From NCBI GenBank assembly GCA_026392135.1, contig JAPLCR010000601.1:1-37490 (forward strand): a stretch of DNA of 37,490 nucleotides. The letters are read 5' to 3'. The notes below the pieces were generated by a model, which searched no databases, was not told the DNA's origin, and saw nothing but the letters and a program-made list of their open reading frames with translations. The translations under genes were made by a program, and so were the position numbers. This document shows, piece after piece, positions 1 through 7,648 of this stretch (position 1 is the first letter of the stretch; every line of letters begins with the position of its first letter). This stretch comes from Armatimonadota bacterium (GTDB taxonomy: Bacteria > Armatimonadota > Chthonomonadetes > Chthonomonadales > Chthonomonadaceae).

Positions 1-148
1 AGGAGAGTCGACGAAGTCGGTTCTCGCCCACGTCTCTGGAAAGATGCGACAGAACTACATTCGTATTCTTCCTGGCGATAAGGTTCTAGTGGAGTTATCC
101 CCTTACGACCTAGAGCGTGGACGTATCCGCTACCGCTATAAGTCCTGA
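1..148 (+). CDS. infA: translation initiation factor IF-1, C-terminal part (5' end lies outside the window)
   Basis: Frame 2 reads ...[42 protein letters not shown] and stops at TGA 146-148. This is the conserved C-terminus of the IF-1 S1 fold. It sits in the canonical position upstream of rpmJ-rpsM-rpsK. Confidence 0.9.
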   Translation, partial: GESTKSVLAHVSGKMRQNYIRILPGDKVLVELSPYDLERGRIRYRYKS

Positions 149-345
149 CGGCAACTATTTTGTGTCCCATTTTCGGGAGGCGCAGGAGGCAGTTATTTCT
201 GCGCTAGCCCGTTTTGCGTGTCTGGTAACGTAATACCATACCAGATAGCGCGGTGTGTGCAACGTTTGCGCCATTCGCGCTATTCCGAAATAGCAAGATT
301 TTCTGTTCCGCATAAGCGAGAATAGGAGAGAGAGGAGAAAGGCAC

Positions 346-459
346 ATGAAAGTACGCGCATCCGTAAAGAAGATGTGTGATAAGTGCAAAGTCATCAAAC
401 GTGAAGGGGTAGTTCGCGTAATCTGTTCAAACCCCAAGCACAAACAACGACAGGGCTAG
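346..459 (+). CDS. rpmJ: 50S ribosomal protein L36
   Basis: ATG 346 to TAG 457-459 gives 37 aa: [37 protein letters not shown]. This is the L36 Cys/His zinc-ribbon signature. A purine-rich GGAG tract at 321-340 can serve as RBS. The gene is too short to appear in the supplied ORF track. Confidence 0.95.
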   Translation: MKVRASVKKMCDKCKVIKREGVVRVICSNPKHKQRQG

Positions 460-519
460 TGCTCTGTGGAGGCGGTACTCAAACGGAGTATCGGCTCTGT
501 TCGACAAAGGAGGCTAGGT

Positions 520-897
520 TTGGCACGTGTTGCAGGCGTGGATTTGCCACGCGATAAACGAATTGAATACGCGCTCACCTACATCTACGGTATTGGTCTG
601 ACCAGTGCTCGTAGAATTCTTACACAAGCAGGAATTAACCTCTCGACGCGTGTACGTGAATTGACGGAAGCGGAAGTAGGTCGCATCCGTGAAATCATCG
701 AGCGTGATTTTCGTGTTGAGGGAGACCTACGTCGTGAGTTCCAACTGAGCATTCGCCGTCTCATTGAGATTGGATGCTTTCGTGGAACACGTCACCGCCG
801 TGGGTTGCCTTGTCGTGGACAACGTACCAAGACAAATGGCCGCTTCCGCAAGGGCCCGCGTCGTCCTGTGGCAGGCAAAAAGAAAGTGAAGAAGTAG
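520..897 (+). CDS. rpsM: 30S ribosomal protein S13
   Basis: The track ORF is 466-897. The conserved S13 N-terminus (L/M)[25 protein letters not shown] starts at TTG 520, just downstream of AAAGGAGG (507-514). The 18 upstream codons do not look like S13. Confidence 0.9.
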   Translation: MARVAGVDLPRDKRIEYALTYIYGIGLTSARRILTQAGINLSTRVRELTEAEVGRIREIIERDFRVEGDLRREFQLSIRRLIEIGCFRGTRHRRGLPCRGQRTKTNGRFRKGPRRPVAGKKKVKK

Positions 898-910
898 AGG
901 AGCGTAAAGC

Positions 911-1318
911 ATGGCTAACAAGCAGACAACCAAGGCGGGTACAAACCGCGGTAAAGCAAAAGAGCGCAAGAATATCGCTCAAGGTATTGTTCACATACGA
1001 TCTTCGTTCAACAATACCCTCATCACCATTACGGATACGCAGGGCAATGCTATTTCGTGGGCGAGTTCTGGCGGTTCTGGATTTAAAGGAACCCGAAAGG
1101 GAACTCCGTTCGCGGCTCAAGTTGCTTCCGAGCGTGCCGCTCGCGCCGCGCAAGAGCATGGTCTCAAGCGTGTGGATGTCTATGTAAAGGGACCTGGTTC
1201 CGGACGCGAAACCGCTATCCGCGCACTACAGGGTGTAGGGTTGGATGTCATGATGATTAAAGATGTGACCCCCATTCCCCACAACGGTTGCCGACCGCCC
1301 AAACGACGGCGCGTTTAA
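911..1318 (+). CDS. rpsK: 30S ribosomal protein S11
   Basis: 135 aa with [40 protein letters not shown] and a C-terminal [11 protein letters not shown]. All are typical S11 motifs. Confidence 0.95.
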   Translation: MANKQTTKAGTNRGKAKERKNIAQGIVHIRSSFNNTLITITDTQGNAISWASSGGSGFKGTRKGTPFAAQVASERAARAAQEHGLKRVDVYVKGPGSGRETAIRALQGVGLDVMMIKDVTPIPHNGCRPPKRRRV

Positions 1319-1476
1319 CTCTCAGGAATTGTACTTCGTAATTTCGGGGTGCAAGGGTGGACGAAGCGCATTAACGGCTTTTGCCTGCGTGTAAACACCC
1401 GTTCGGAGGAGTCTCTCTTCCGATACGTGACTTAGTGGCTAACTGAACTTCAGCCCACAAGGAGCATCGTTACTGT

Positions 1477-2148
1477 ATGGCTAATAATCATGACCCTAGG
1501 TGTCGTCAGTGTCGTCGAGAGGGGATGAAACTCTACCTCAAAGGCGATAAGTGCTATGGCCCTAAATGTACGCTGGATAGAACCGGCAAAGACAACAAAA
1601 CAAGATTCCGCGACAAGCCTCCGGGCTGGGGTAGCGGTGCTGGTCAGACTGGTATGTACCAGAAGAAGCTGACCGAATACGGTGTGCAGTTGCGCGAAAA
1701 GCAGAAATTGCGCCGCGTCTACCGCGTGCTGGAAAACCAGTTTCACAACTACTATAAGGAAGCCGTTCACCGACCTGGTGTTACAGGCGAAAACCTCTTT
1801 CAGTTGTTGGAACTACGCCTTGACAACGTAGTATTCCGTTTGGGAATCGGCTCTTCTCGTGCCCATGCCCGCCAACTGGTATCGCATCGCCACTTTGACG
1901 TGAATGGCAAGCGTGTGAACATCGCTTCCTACCGCCTGAAGCCTGGTGATGTTATCTCCATTCATGATAGCAAGCAGACGAACGACTGTATTAAAGAGGC
2001 TCGTGAGCGCGTGGCAAAACACACCACTCCCGTCTGGATGGAGCTAAACAGGCATACTCTCGAAGGTCGTGTTCTATCCATTCCTCACCGTTCTGAGATA
2101 GATACCGATATCCGTGAACAGCTCATCGTCGAATTCTACTCGCGATAA
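1477..2148 (+). CDS. rpsD: 30S ribosomal protein S4
   Basis: 223 aa. It has an N-terminal Cys cluster (CRQCRREG...CYGPKC) and the S4 RNA-binding domain (RLDNVVFRLGIGSSRAHARQLVSHRHFDVNGKRVNIASYRLKPGD). An AAGGAG RBS lies at about 1460. Confidence 0.95.
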   Translation: MANNHDPRCRQCRREGMKLYLKGDKCYGPKCTLDRTGKDNKTRFRDKPPGWGSGAGQTGMYQKKLTEYGVQLREKQKLRRVYRVLENQFHNYYKEAVHRPGVTGENLFQLLELRLDNVVFRLGIGSSRAHARQLVSHRHFDVNGKRVNIASYRLKPGDVISIHDSKQTNDCIKEARERVAKHTTPVWMELNRHTLEGRVLSIPHRSEIDTDIREQLIVEFYSR

Positions 2149-2277
2149 TCTCTCCTTTCTTTAAGAAGGTTGCCCTTACATAGGGCAAGAGTTTTGACTC
2201 TTATGACGATATCGTCGTGTAACAGAGGAGCGAAGGGCAATACTACCCTATCGCCCTAGAAGGAGAACGAGATACTA

Positions 2278-3260
2278 ATGGATTTGACACCCAGTACCAT
2301 CACTCTGGAATCGAGTATTAGTTACGGCAAGTTTGTGGTTGAACCCCTTGAGCGCGGCTACGGCATTACTCTGGGGAACTCACTGCGCCGTGTACTACTC
2401 TCCTCTATTCCGGGTACGGCTATTACGTTCATCAAGATTGACAAAGTGCTTCAAGAGTTCTCCACAATACCGGGAGTAAAGGAAGATACCACCGAGTTTA
2501 TTTTGAATTTGAAACAACTTCATATTAAGGTGTATCGAACTGGGTCTTCATGGAAGCATGAGCCTAAGACGGTACGCATTCAGGTGAAGGGCAGTAAAGA
2601 GGGTAGCCGCGTGACAGGCGCTGATGTACAGTGCCCTGAAGATGTGGAGATTGTCAACCCAGAGGTCTACCTAGCAACGGTTGCCAGTGAGGATTCTACC
2701 TTCACTGTCGAGATGACTATTGAGACCAGTAAGGGGTATGTTCCGCCTGAGAAGTTGGAACGCCGCAAAGAGCAGAGCATCGGAGTGATTCCTGTGGGAG
2801 CCGTGTTTACTCCTGTATTCAATCAAATACTAATGTCGAGCGCCTTATATTGGAAGTCTGGACGAACGGAAGTATCACGCCTGAAAACGCGATAAGCGAA
2901 GGGGCGTTGATTCTTATTCAGCAGTTCAGTATGTTTGCGAAGTTCCAGCCAGGTGCTGAGATTATGATTGGCGAGCTTCCTGTTCTGATAACGGGAGAGG
3001 CAGACCCTGCTATTCCGGTCATTCGTATTGAGGAGTTGGACTTCTCGGTGCGTACCTATAACTGCTTGAAGAAGGCGAATATTCTGAATATCGCCGAACT
3101 TGTGCAGTATAGTGCAACAGACCTTATGCAGATTCGGAATTTCGGTAAGAAATCTCTAACCGAAGTACAGGAGAAACTGCGAAATCTGGTACTCACCCTC
3201 AAGGGTGGTTCTCTGGATGACCCCATTGACACCGACGACTCCGACGAGTCTGATGAATAA
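2278..3260 (+). pseudogene. rpoA: DNA-directed RNA polymerase subunit alpha; the reading frame is interrupted as sequenced (two ORFs, 2278-2895 and 2850-3260)
   Basis: The N-terminal domain (LERGYGITLGNSLRRVLLSSIPG ... GVIPVGAVFTPV) is in frame 1. The rest (NVERLILEVWTNGSITPENAISEGA ... a CTD with EELDFSVRTYNCLKKANI and IRNFGKKSLTEV) is in another frame that is open from 2751. The frame switch lies between 2818 and 2838. About 11 residues of the near-universal block between VE and LxLEVWT are absent. See the findings. Confidence 0.85.
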
Positions 3261-3319
3261 TATGCGGTGCGTGGCAAGCGTTATCCGACGTATTGCCCGC
3301 CGCGAGAGGAGAGATTGTC

Positions 3320-3895
3320 ATGCGTCACCGTAAGGCGTACCGCAAGTTCGGACTGCCGAGCGATCAACGTAAGGCTCTTTTGAAAAGTCTTACGCGCAGT
3401 CTACTGCTTAACGATAAAATCATCACCACCTTAGTGCGTGCCAAAGAGGTACGTCCGATTGTGGAGAAGTTAGTTACCCTTGCTCGCAAGGGCGGTGCAG
3501 AGGCTTCTATTACCAATAAGGTTCACTTCCGCCGTCTTGTACGTCGTTTTGTGGATAGCAACATTGATGAGTTTGTAAAGGTCACTAACCCGGATGGCAA
3601 GGGACATAAAGTTGCCCGTAACCCCTATTATGTGGTTCCTCGCCTCTTTGAGGAGATTGCCCCGCGTTATATGAACCGCCCCGGCGGCTTTACCCGTATA
3701 ACCAAATTGGGTAGGCGACGTGGTGATGGCGCACCGATGGCTCTCATCTCCTTCGTTGAGGGCGATGAAGTGACCCTTCCTGTGAACGTGCTCGTACCCA
3801 CTCTTGAAGGACGTAAGAGGCTTCCGGGTCTTGCACGTAGCGTCGAGGGACGGTCACACTTGGCGAAAATGGCGCGTGCGCGTAATAACAATTAG
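3320..3895 (+). CDS. rplQ: 50S ribosomal protein L17 (unusually long, 191 aa)
   Basis: The conserved L17 start MRHRKAYRKFG is at ATG 3320 (track ORF starts at 3293), behind a GAGAGGAGAG RBS. The protein has a GGFTRITKLGRRRGDGAPMALISFV core, plus an internal insert and a basic C-terminal tail. Confidence 0.9.
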   Translation: MRHRKAYRKFGLPSDQRKALLKSLTRSLLLNDKIITTLVRAKEVRPIVEKLVTLARKGGAEASITNKVHFRRLVRRFVDSNIDEFVKVTNPDGKGHKVARNPYYVVPRLFEEIAPRYMNRPGGFTRITKLGRRRGDGAPMALISFVEGDEVTLPVNVLVPTLEGRKRLPGLARSVEGRSHLAKMARARNNN

Positions 3896-4033
3896 CGTTC
3901 GCTTATGGTGAGGACATTCGTCCTACATCCTTCCGCTCCTCTCCCCATTAGGAGAGAGGAGTACGGATAGATACGATAGGGGCAGGCTTTTCGCGTATCT
4001 GTTGCGTGATGTGCCTACCAAAAGAGTGAGGTT

Positions 4034-4825
4034 TTGGGGAAAGTGCGTTACTTTAAAGCAACTATCGAATATGACGGCACCGATTTCTGCGGTTACCAGT
4101 GGCAACACGGGCTACGCACGGTGCAAGGGGTATTGGAAAAGGCAATCGAGGTACGCACGGAGCAGGTAGTTCGTATTGAAGGAGCAGGACGTACCGATTC
4201 GGGCGTTCACAGTTTAGGTCAAGTAATTGGTTTTAACTGTGAAACTCGCATTCCGGGTGAGAGTATGGTTCTCGCACTGAATAGTGTGCTTCCTGGTGAT
4301 GTGGTTGTGAAAAAGGTGGAAGAGGTCTCTCCGACGTTTCGTGCGCGGTTTTCCGCGTCGTCGCGATCCTATGCCTACCTGATATTCAACCGCCAGACCC
4401 CTTCCGCTCTTTGGAGCCGCTATAGCGCGTTTTGTCCGGTTCCTTTGGACGTTGCTGCAATGCAGAAGGCTGCCAACTTTTTGCTAGGTGAGCAGGATTT
4501 TGCGGCGTTTGCCAATGACCTTGATAGGGAAAAGGTAACAATGCGGGATGTGATGTCTTGCCGTGTTCGCCGTCAACACGATTTTGTGATTGTGCGCGTA
4601 GAGGCAAACGCTTTTTTGCGCGGTATGGTACGCAATATCGTTGGAACTCTTATGGAGGTTGGCGTGGGAAAGCGAACTCTCGATTCGATTCCCAAAGTCC
4701 TCGCTAGTTGTGACAGAAGATTGGCGGGGCCCACCGCTCCTCCTCAGGGGCTGTGTCTACTGAAAGTGGGTTATGGAGAGCGCAAAAACTACGCTCACTG
4801 GAAGGAAAGAGATACGGAGAGATGA
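4034..4825 (+). CDS. truA: tRNA pseudouridine(38-40) synthase TruA
   Basis: 263 aa with YFKATIEYDGTDFCGYQWQ and the catalytic GAGRTDSGVHSLGQV motif. The start is uncertain (TTG 4034 or GTG 4043). The stop overlaps the rplM ATG (ATGA at 4822-4825). Confidence 0.85.
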   Translation: MGKVRYFKATIEYDGTDFCGYQWQHGLRTVQGVLEKAIEVRTEQVVRIEGAGRTDSGVHSLGQVIGFNCETRIPGESMVLALNSVLPGDVVVKKVEEVSPTFRARFSASSRSYAYLIFNRQTPSALWSRYSAFCPVPLDVAAMQKAANFLLGEQDFAAFANDLDREKVTMRDVMSCRVRRQHDFVIVRVEANAFLRGMVRNIVGTLMEVGVGKRTLDSIPKVLASCDRRLAGPTAPPQGLCLLKVGYGERKNYAHWKERDTER

Positions 4826-5289
4826 AAAAGAGTACAGTTTCGGTACGGGCGCAAGATGCCGCCGAAAACCGTGTCTGGTACGTAATGGACGCGGCGGGCA
4901 AACCTTTAGGGCGCCTCGCAGTGGACGCGGCGACGGTTCTACGCGGTAAAAATAAACCTACCTTCACTCCTCACGTTGATACGGGTGATCATGTCATCAT
5001 CATCAATGCCGAGAAAGTCGTTTTGACGGGTGGAACGAAAGGTCTGGAAGAGGTTCGCCACCACACCGGTTGGCCCGGTGGGTTGAAAGCCGTAAAGCGT
5101 GAAAAAGAGCTGGCAAACAATCCTGAAGAGGCGATTCGGCGCGTGGTGCGCGGCATGATTCCACACAATCGTCTGGGTGACCAGATTATCAATAAGTTGA
5201 AAGTCTATCGGGGCGCGGATCATCCGCACGTTGCACAGACCCCCGTTATTTTCGAGGGCGGCGTTCAGAGCCGACATAGAGGAGAGTAA
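4822..5289 (+). CDS. rplM: 50S ribosomal protein L13
   Basis: The L13-like sequence begins at ATG 4822 ([33 protein letters not shown]...) and contains [16 protein letters not shown] and [11 protein letters not shown]. The upstream part of track ORF 4753 overlaps truA and does not look like L13. Confidence 0.92.
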   Translation: MKKSTVSVRAQDAAENRVWYVMDAAGKPLGRLAVDAATVLRGKNKPTFTPHVDTGDHVIIINAEKVVLTGGTKGLEEVRHHTGWPGGLKAVKREKELANNPEEAIRRVVRGMIPHNRLGDQIINKLKVYRGADHPHVAQTPVIFEGGVQSRHRGE

Positions 5290-5291
5290 GC

Positions 5292-5690
5292 GTGGCAGAT
5301 ACTCGCATTCGCTACTATGGAACCGGTCATCGCAAAAACGCGGTGGCGCGAGTGTGGCTCACGCCCGGTACGGGACAAGTGACCATCAATGATCGACCTT
5401 CAACCCGCTATCTGGGACGTTTGGTGCTTGAAAAACTGATAGCGCAACCTTTTTCACAGACCAGTACCGAAGGTCGCTTCGATGTGGTGGCTAAGTGTAA
5501 GGGCGGCGGTATTTCGGGGCAAGCCGGCGCAATCCGACACGGTATCTCGAAAGCCCTTCTGGAAGTTGACCCGGACAACCGTCCTGCTCTTCGCCGAAGT
5601 GGTTTGCTTACCCGTGACCCTCGCGTTAAAGAGCGTAAGAAGTACGGACGCAAACGTGCCCGTCGTGGATTCCAGTTCAGCAAGCGTTAA
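5292..5690 (+). CDS. rpsI: 30S ribosomal protein S9
   Basis: GTG start. 132 aa with [35 protein letters not shown] and a C-terminal [17 protein letters not shown]. Confidence 0.95.
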   Translation: MADTRIRYYGTGHRKNAVARVWLTPGTGQVTINDRPSTRYLGRLVLEKLIAQPFSQTSTEGRFDVVAKCKGGGISGQAGAIRHGISKALLEVDPDNRPALRRSGLLTRDPRVKERKKYGRKRARRGFQFSKR

Positions 5691-5736
5691 AATTGGAGGC
5701 TTTTGCCTTCTAATAGATATGCTTCGCCAAGATACA

Positions 5737-5782
5737 AGGGCGGGAGATAGTTTCGGCTATCCCCCGCCCTGTTTCGCTTTTT
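5737..5782 (+). terminator. intrinsic terminator closing the ribosomal protein operon
   Basis: Stem 5737-5750 (AGGGCGGGAGATAG) pairs with 5757-5770 (CTATCCCCCGCCCT): 13 bp with one mismatch around a 6-nt loop. It is followed by GTTTCGCTTTTT. Confidence 0.8.
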
Positions 5783-5811
5783 GAGCCTCTTCCCTAAAAT
5801 GGAGCCGTGTT

Positions 5812-7056
5812 ATGTTTACGCGCCTTTCGCTTAAAAACATCAAAAGCTTTGATTCTGCCGAAATTCCTCTAGCGAATTTCACGGTTCTATTGGGTACGAA
5901 CGCCGCTGGCAAATCGAATATACGAGACACGTTTCGCTTTCTGCATGGCTTGAGTCGCGGCTATAAATTGATTGAGGTGTTTGCGGGGAAATATGAGGGC
6001 GGTGACCAGATATGGCAGGGGGTGCGTGGTGGTCCCTATGAGTTTATTACCAAAGAAGAACCTTTCGGAGTTATTGGCGTAGAGTTTAGCGAAACTAAAT
6101 CTATCTACGTTTTAAGAGTTGAAAGTATGGATAGCAAGCCCCCGCGTATTAACGCAGAAGTGCTTAGTATGGAGGGAAATATACTGTACCAAATCCAAGA
6201 CGCGGCTCCGACCTTCACAAATATAGGAATTATGGCTGAGGGCAACTTAGAAGACGAGCAAATTGTGACGGTACTACCCGATGAAGCCGTACTCCCTCAA
6301 CTTGCCGATACCCAACCTTATGAAGGTAGAGAAGACCAAAACATAAACCTCGTAAAATCGGGAGTTCGCATTACAACAGACCATTTGCGAAATATGCGTT
6401 TCCTCGACCTCTCTCCCGACGCTATGCGCGAATCCTCCTACCCGGGTCAGAATACGCTAGGCGATAGGGGGGAGAACCTCTCCACTGTCTTGCAGGATTT
6501 GGTGGAGAACAGAGGGAAGGGCGACGCGATAATCGAGTGGCTTCGCGCCCTAACCCCGATGGATGTCGCGGGGCTACGCTTTGACAGGGATAGTCGTGGG
6601 CGCGTCTCACTGACCCTCATGGAACACAATAAACGCGCCACATCCGCAGAGTCCGCCTCCGATGGCACGCTCCGCTTCCTCGCCTACCTCGCTCTCGCCT
6701 TTTCGGTAGATACACCCACAACCTGCTTCATTGAGGAGATAGATAACGGGATTCACCCCTCAAGGCTCCAACTGCTGGTCGAACTCATGGAGACGCAGTC
6801 TAAACAGGGCAAACTGCAAGTCATAGCGACTTCGCACTCGCCCGCGCTTCTCAACCTCCTCAGCCCGGAGAGTCTAGGCAACGCGGTTCTCGTCTATCGA
6901 ACGGAGGGTAGCTGCTACTCAAAGGTGAAGCCCCTGAAGGATATTCCTAATTTTAGCGAAATAGCGGAGAGGCGGCATCCCGGTACACTGATGGAATCGG
7001 GGTGGTTTGAGAACACTCTTGAGGCGTTGGAGTATGTGGAGGAGGGGGCTAAGTGA
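5812..7056 (+). CDS. ABC/SMC-type AAA ATPase (AAA_21/AAA_15-like), putative defence-system ATPase
   Basis: 414 aa with four ATPase motifs: Walker A GTNAAGKS (K34), an ABC-signature-like SDGTLRFLAYLALAF, Walker B/D-loop CFIEEIDNGIHP, and an H-loop VIATSHSPALLN. There is no nuclease or transmembrane region in this polypeptide. GGAG lies 7 nt upstream of the ATG. Confidence 0.8.
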   Translation: MFTRLSLKNIKSFDSAEIPLANFTVLLGTNAAGKSNIRDTFRFLHGLSRGYKLIEVFAGKYEGGDQIWQGVRGGPYEFITKEEPFGVIGVEFSETKSIYVLRVESMDSKPPRINAEVLSMEGNILYQIQDAAPTFTNIGIMAEGNLEDEQIVTVLPDEAVLPQLADTQPYEGREDQNINLVKSGVRITTDHLRNMRFLDLSPDAMRESSYPGQNTLGDRGENLSTVLQDLVENRGKGDAIIEWLRALTPMDVAGLRFDRDSRGRVSLTLMEHNKRATSAESASDGTLRFLAYLALAFSVDTPTTCFIEEIDNGIHPSRLQLLVELMETQSKQGKLQVIATSHSPALLNLLSPESLGNAVLVYRTEGSCYSKVKPLKDIPNFSEIAERRHPGTLMESGWFENTLEALEYVEEGAK

Positions 7057-7610
7057 AAGTTCTCATCATTCCTGAAGACCCGCGCCTTGACCAGTATATG
7101 CTAAAGCCTCTCGTAGAGGCGGCACTGAAATACGCGGGAAAGCCGAACGCGATGGTGCAGGTCTGTCAGGGTGCCTCTCTCGCTTGGGGATATGAGGCAG
7201 TCACTAACTTTGAGAATCTTAAAGGAATTATCGCAGACTACAAATATTACGACGTTTTCCTCCTGTGTGTTGACCGTGATGGTGAGAAGACGAGAGAACA
7301 GGCATTGACAAATTTGGAAATCAAAATTAGAGAGGAATTTCCAGACAAGCTCTTTATCGCTGTTTGCGGAGTCGAGGAACTAGAGGTGTGGGTGTTAGCA
7401 GGTATGACGGATTTGCCCGCCGCTTGGAGTTGGAGTGCAGTGCGCTCTGAGCGCGACCCAAAAGAGATGTACTTTGATAAGTATGTCGTAAAACGAGGTC
7501 TACTAGACTATCCCGGAAGAGGGCGTAAGGTTTTGGGCAAGGAAGCCGCAAAACTCTATACTGACCGCGTTAGGAAACTCTGTGCGGAAATTCAGGCGTG
7601 CGAAATATGA
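7053..7610 (+). CDS. small TOPRIM-like protein (DUF4276/RloB/AriB-like motif pattern), putative effector partner of the upstream ATPase
   Basis: 185 aa. GTG 7053 overlaps the ATPase stop (GTGA), with a GGAGGAGGGGG RBS at 7038-7048. The motif order is: strand-1 acidic VLIIPED (E8/D9), then LLCVDRDGE (D74-x-D76), then GVEELEVWVLAG (E108/E109/E111, W113). This is the order seen in TOPRIM/OLD-type nuclease domains. Confidence 0.6.
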   Translation: MKVLIIPEDPRLDQYMLKPLVEAALKYAGKPNAMVQVCQGASLAWGYEAVTNFENLKGIIADYKYYDVFLLCVDRDGEKTREQALTNLEIKIREEFPDKLFIAVCGVEELEVWVLAGMTDLPAAWSWSAVRSERDPKEMYFDKYVVKRGLLDYPGRGRKVLGKEAAKLYTDRVRKLCAEIQACEI

Positions 7611-7648
7611 ATAGGGTGCTACTGTGATGTGTAGGGAGGGGATTAGCG

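Noticed and set aside
155-443. Two minus-strand ORFs (155-361, 68 aa; 204-443, 79 aa) in and around the infA-rpmJ spacer
   Set aside because: They overlap each other and run antisense to rpmJ. They have no RBS and their composition is low-complexity and hydrophobic. The L36 gene on the plus strand explains the region better.
466-519. N-terminal extensions in the track ORFs for rpsM (466), rplQ (3293), rplM (4753) and the PSCyt gene (32342)
   Set aside because: The conserved family N-termini start further in (520, 3320, 4822, 32360), each behind a good RBS or as a coupled ATGA. The extensions overlap upstream genes or spacers and carry no family-like sequence.
5482-5784. 100-aa alternative-frame ORF overlapping the rpsI 3' end and the terminator
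   Set aside because: It lies inside a well-supported S9 gene and runs through the terminator hairpin, with no RBS. It is a typical shadow ORF of GC-rich coding sequence.
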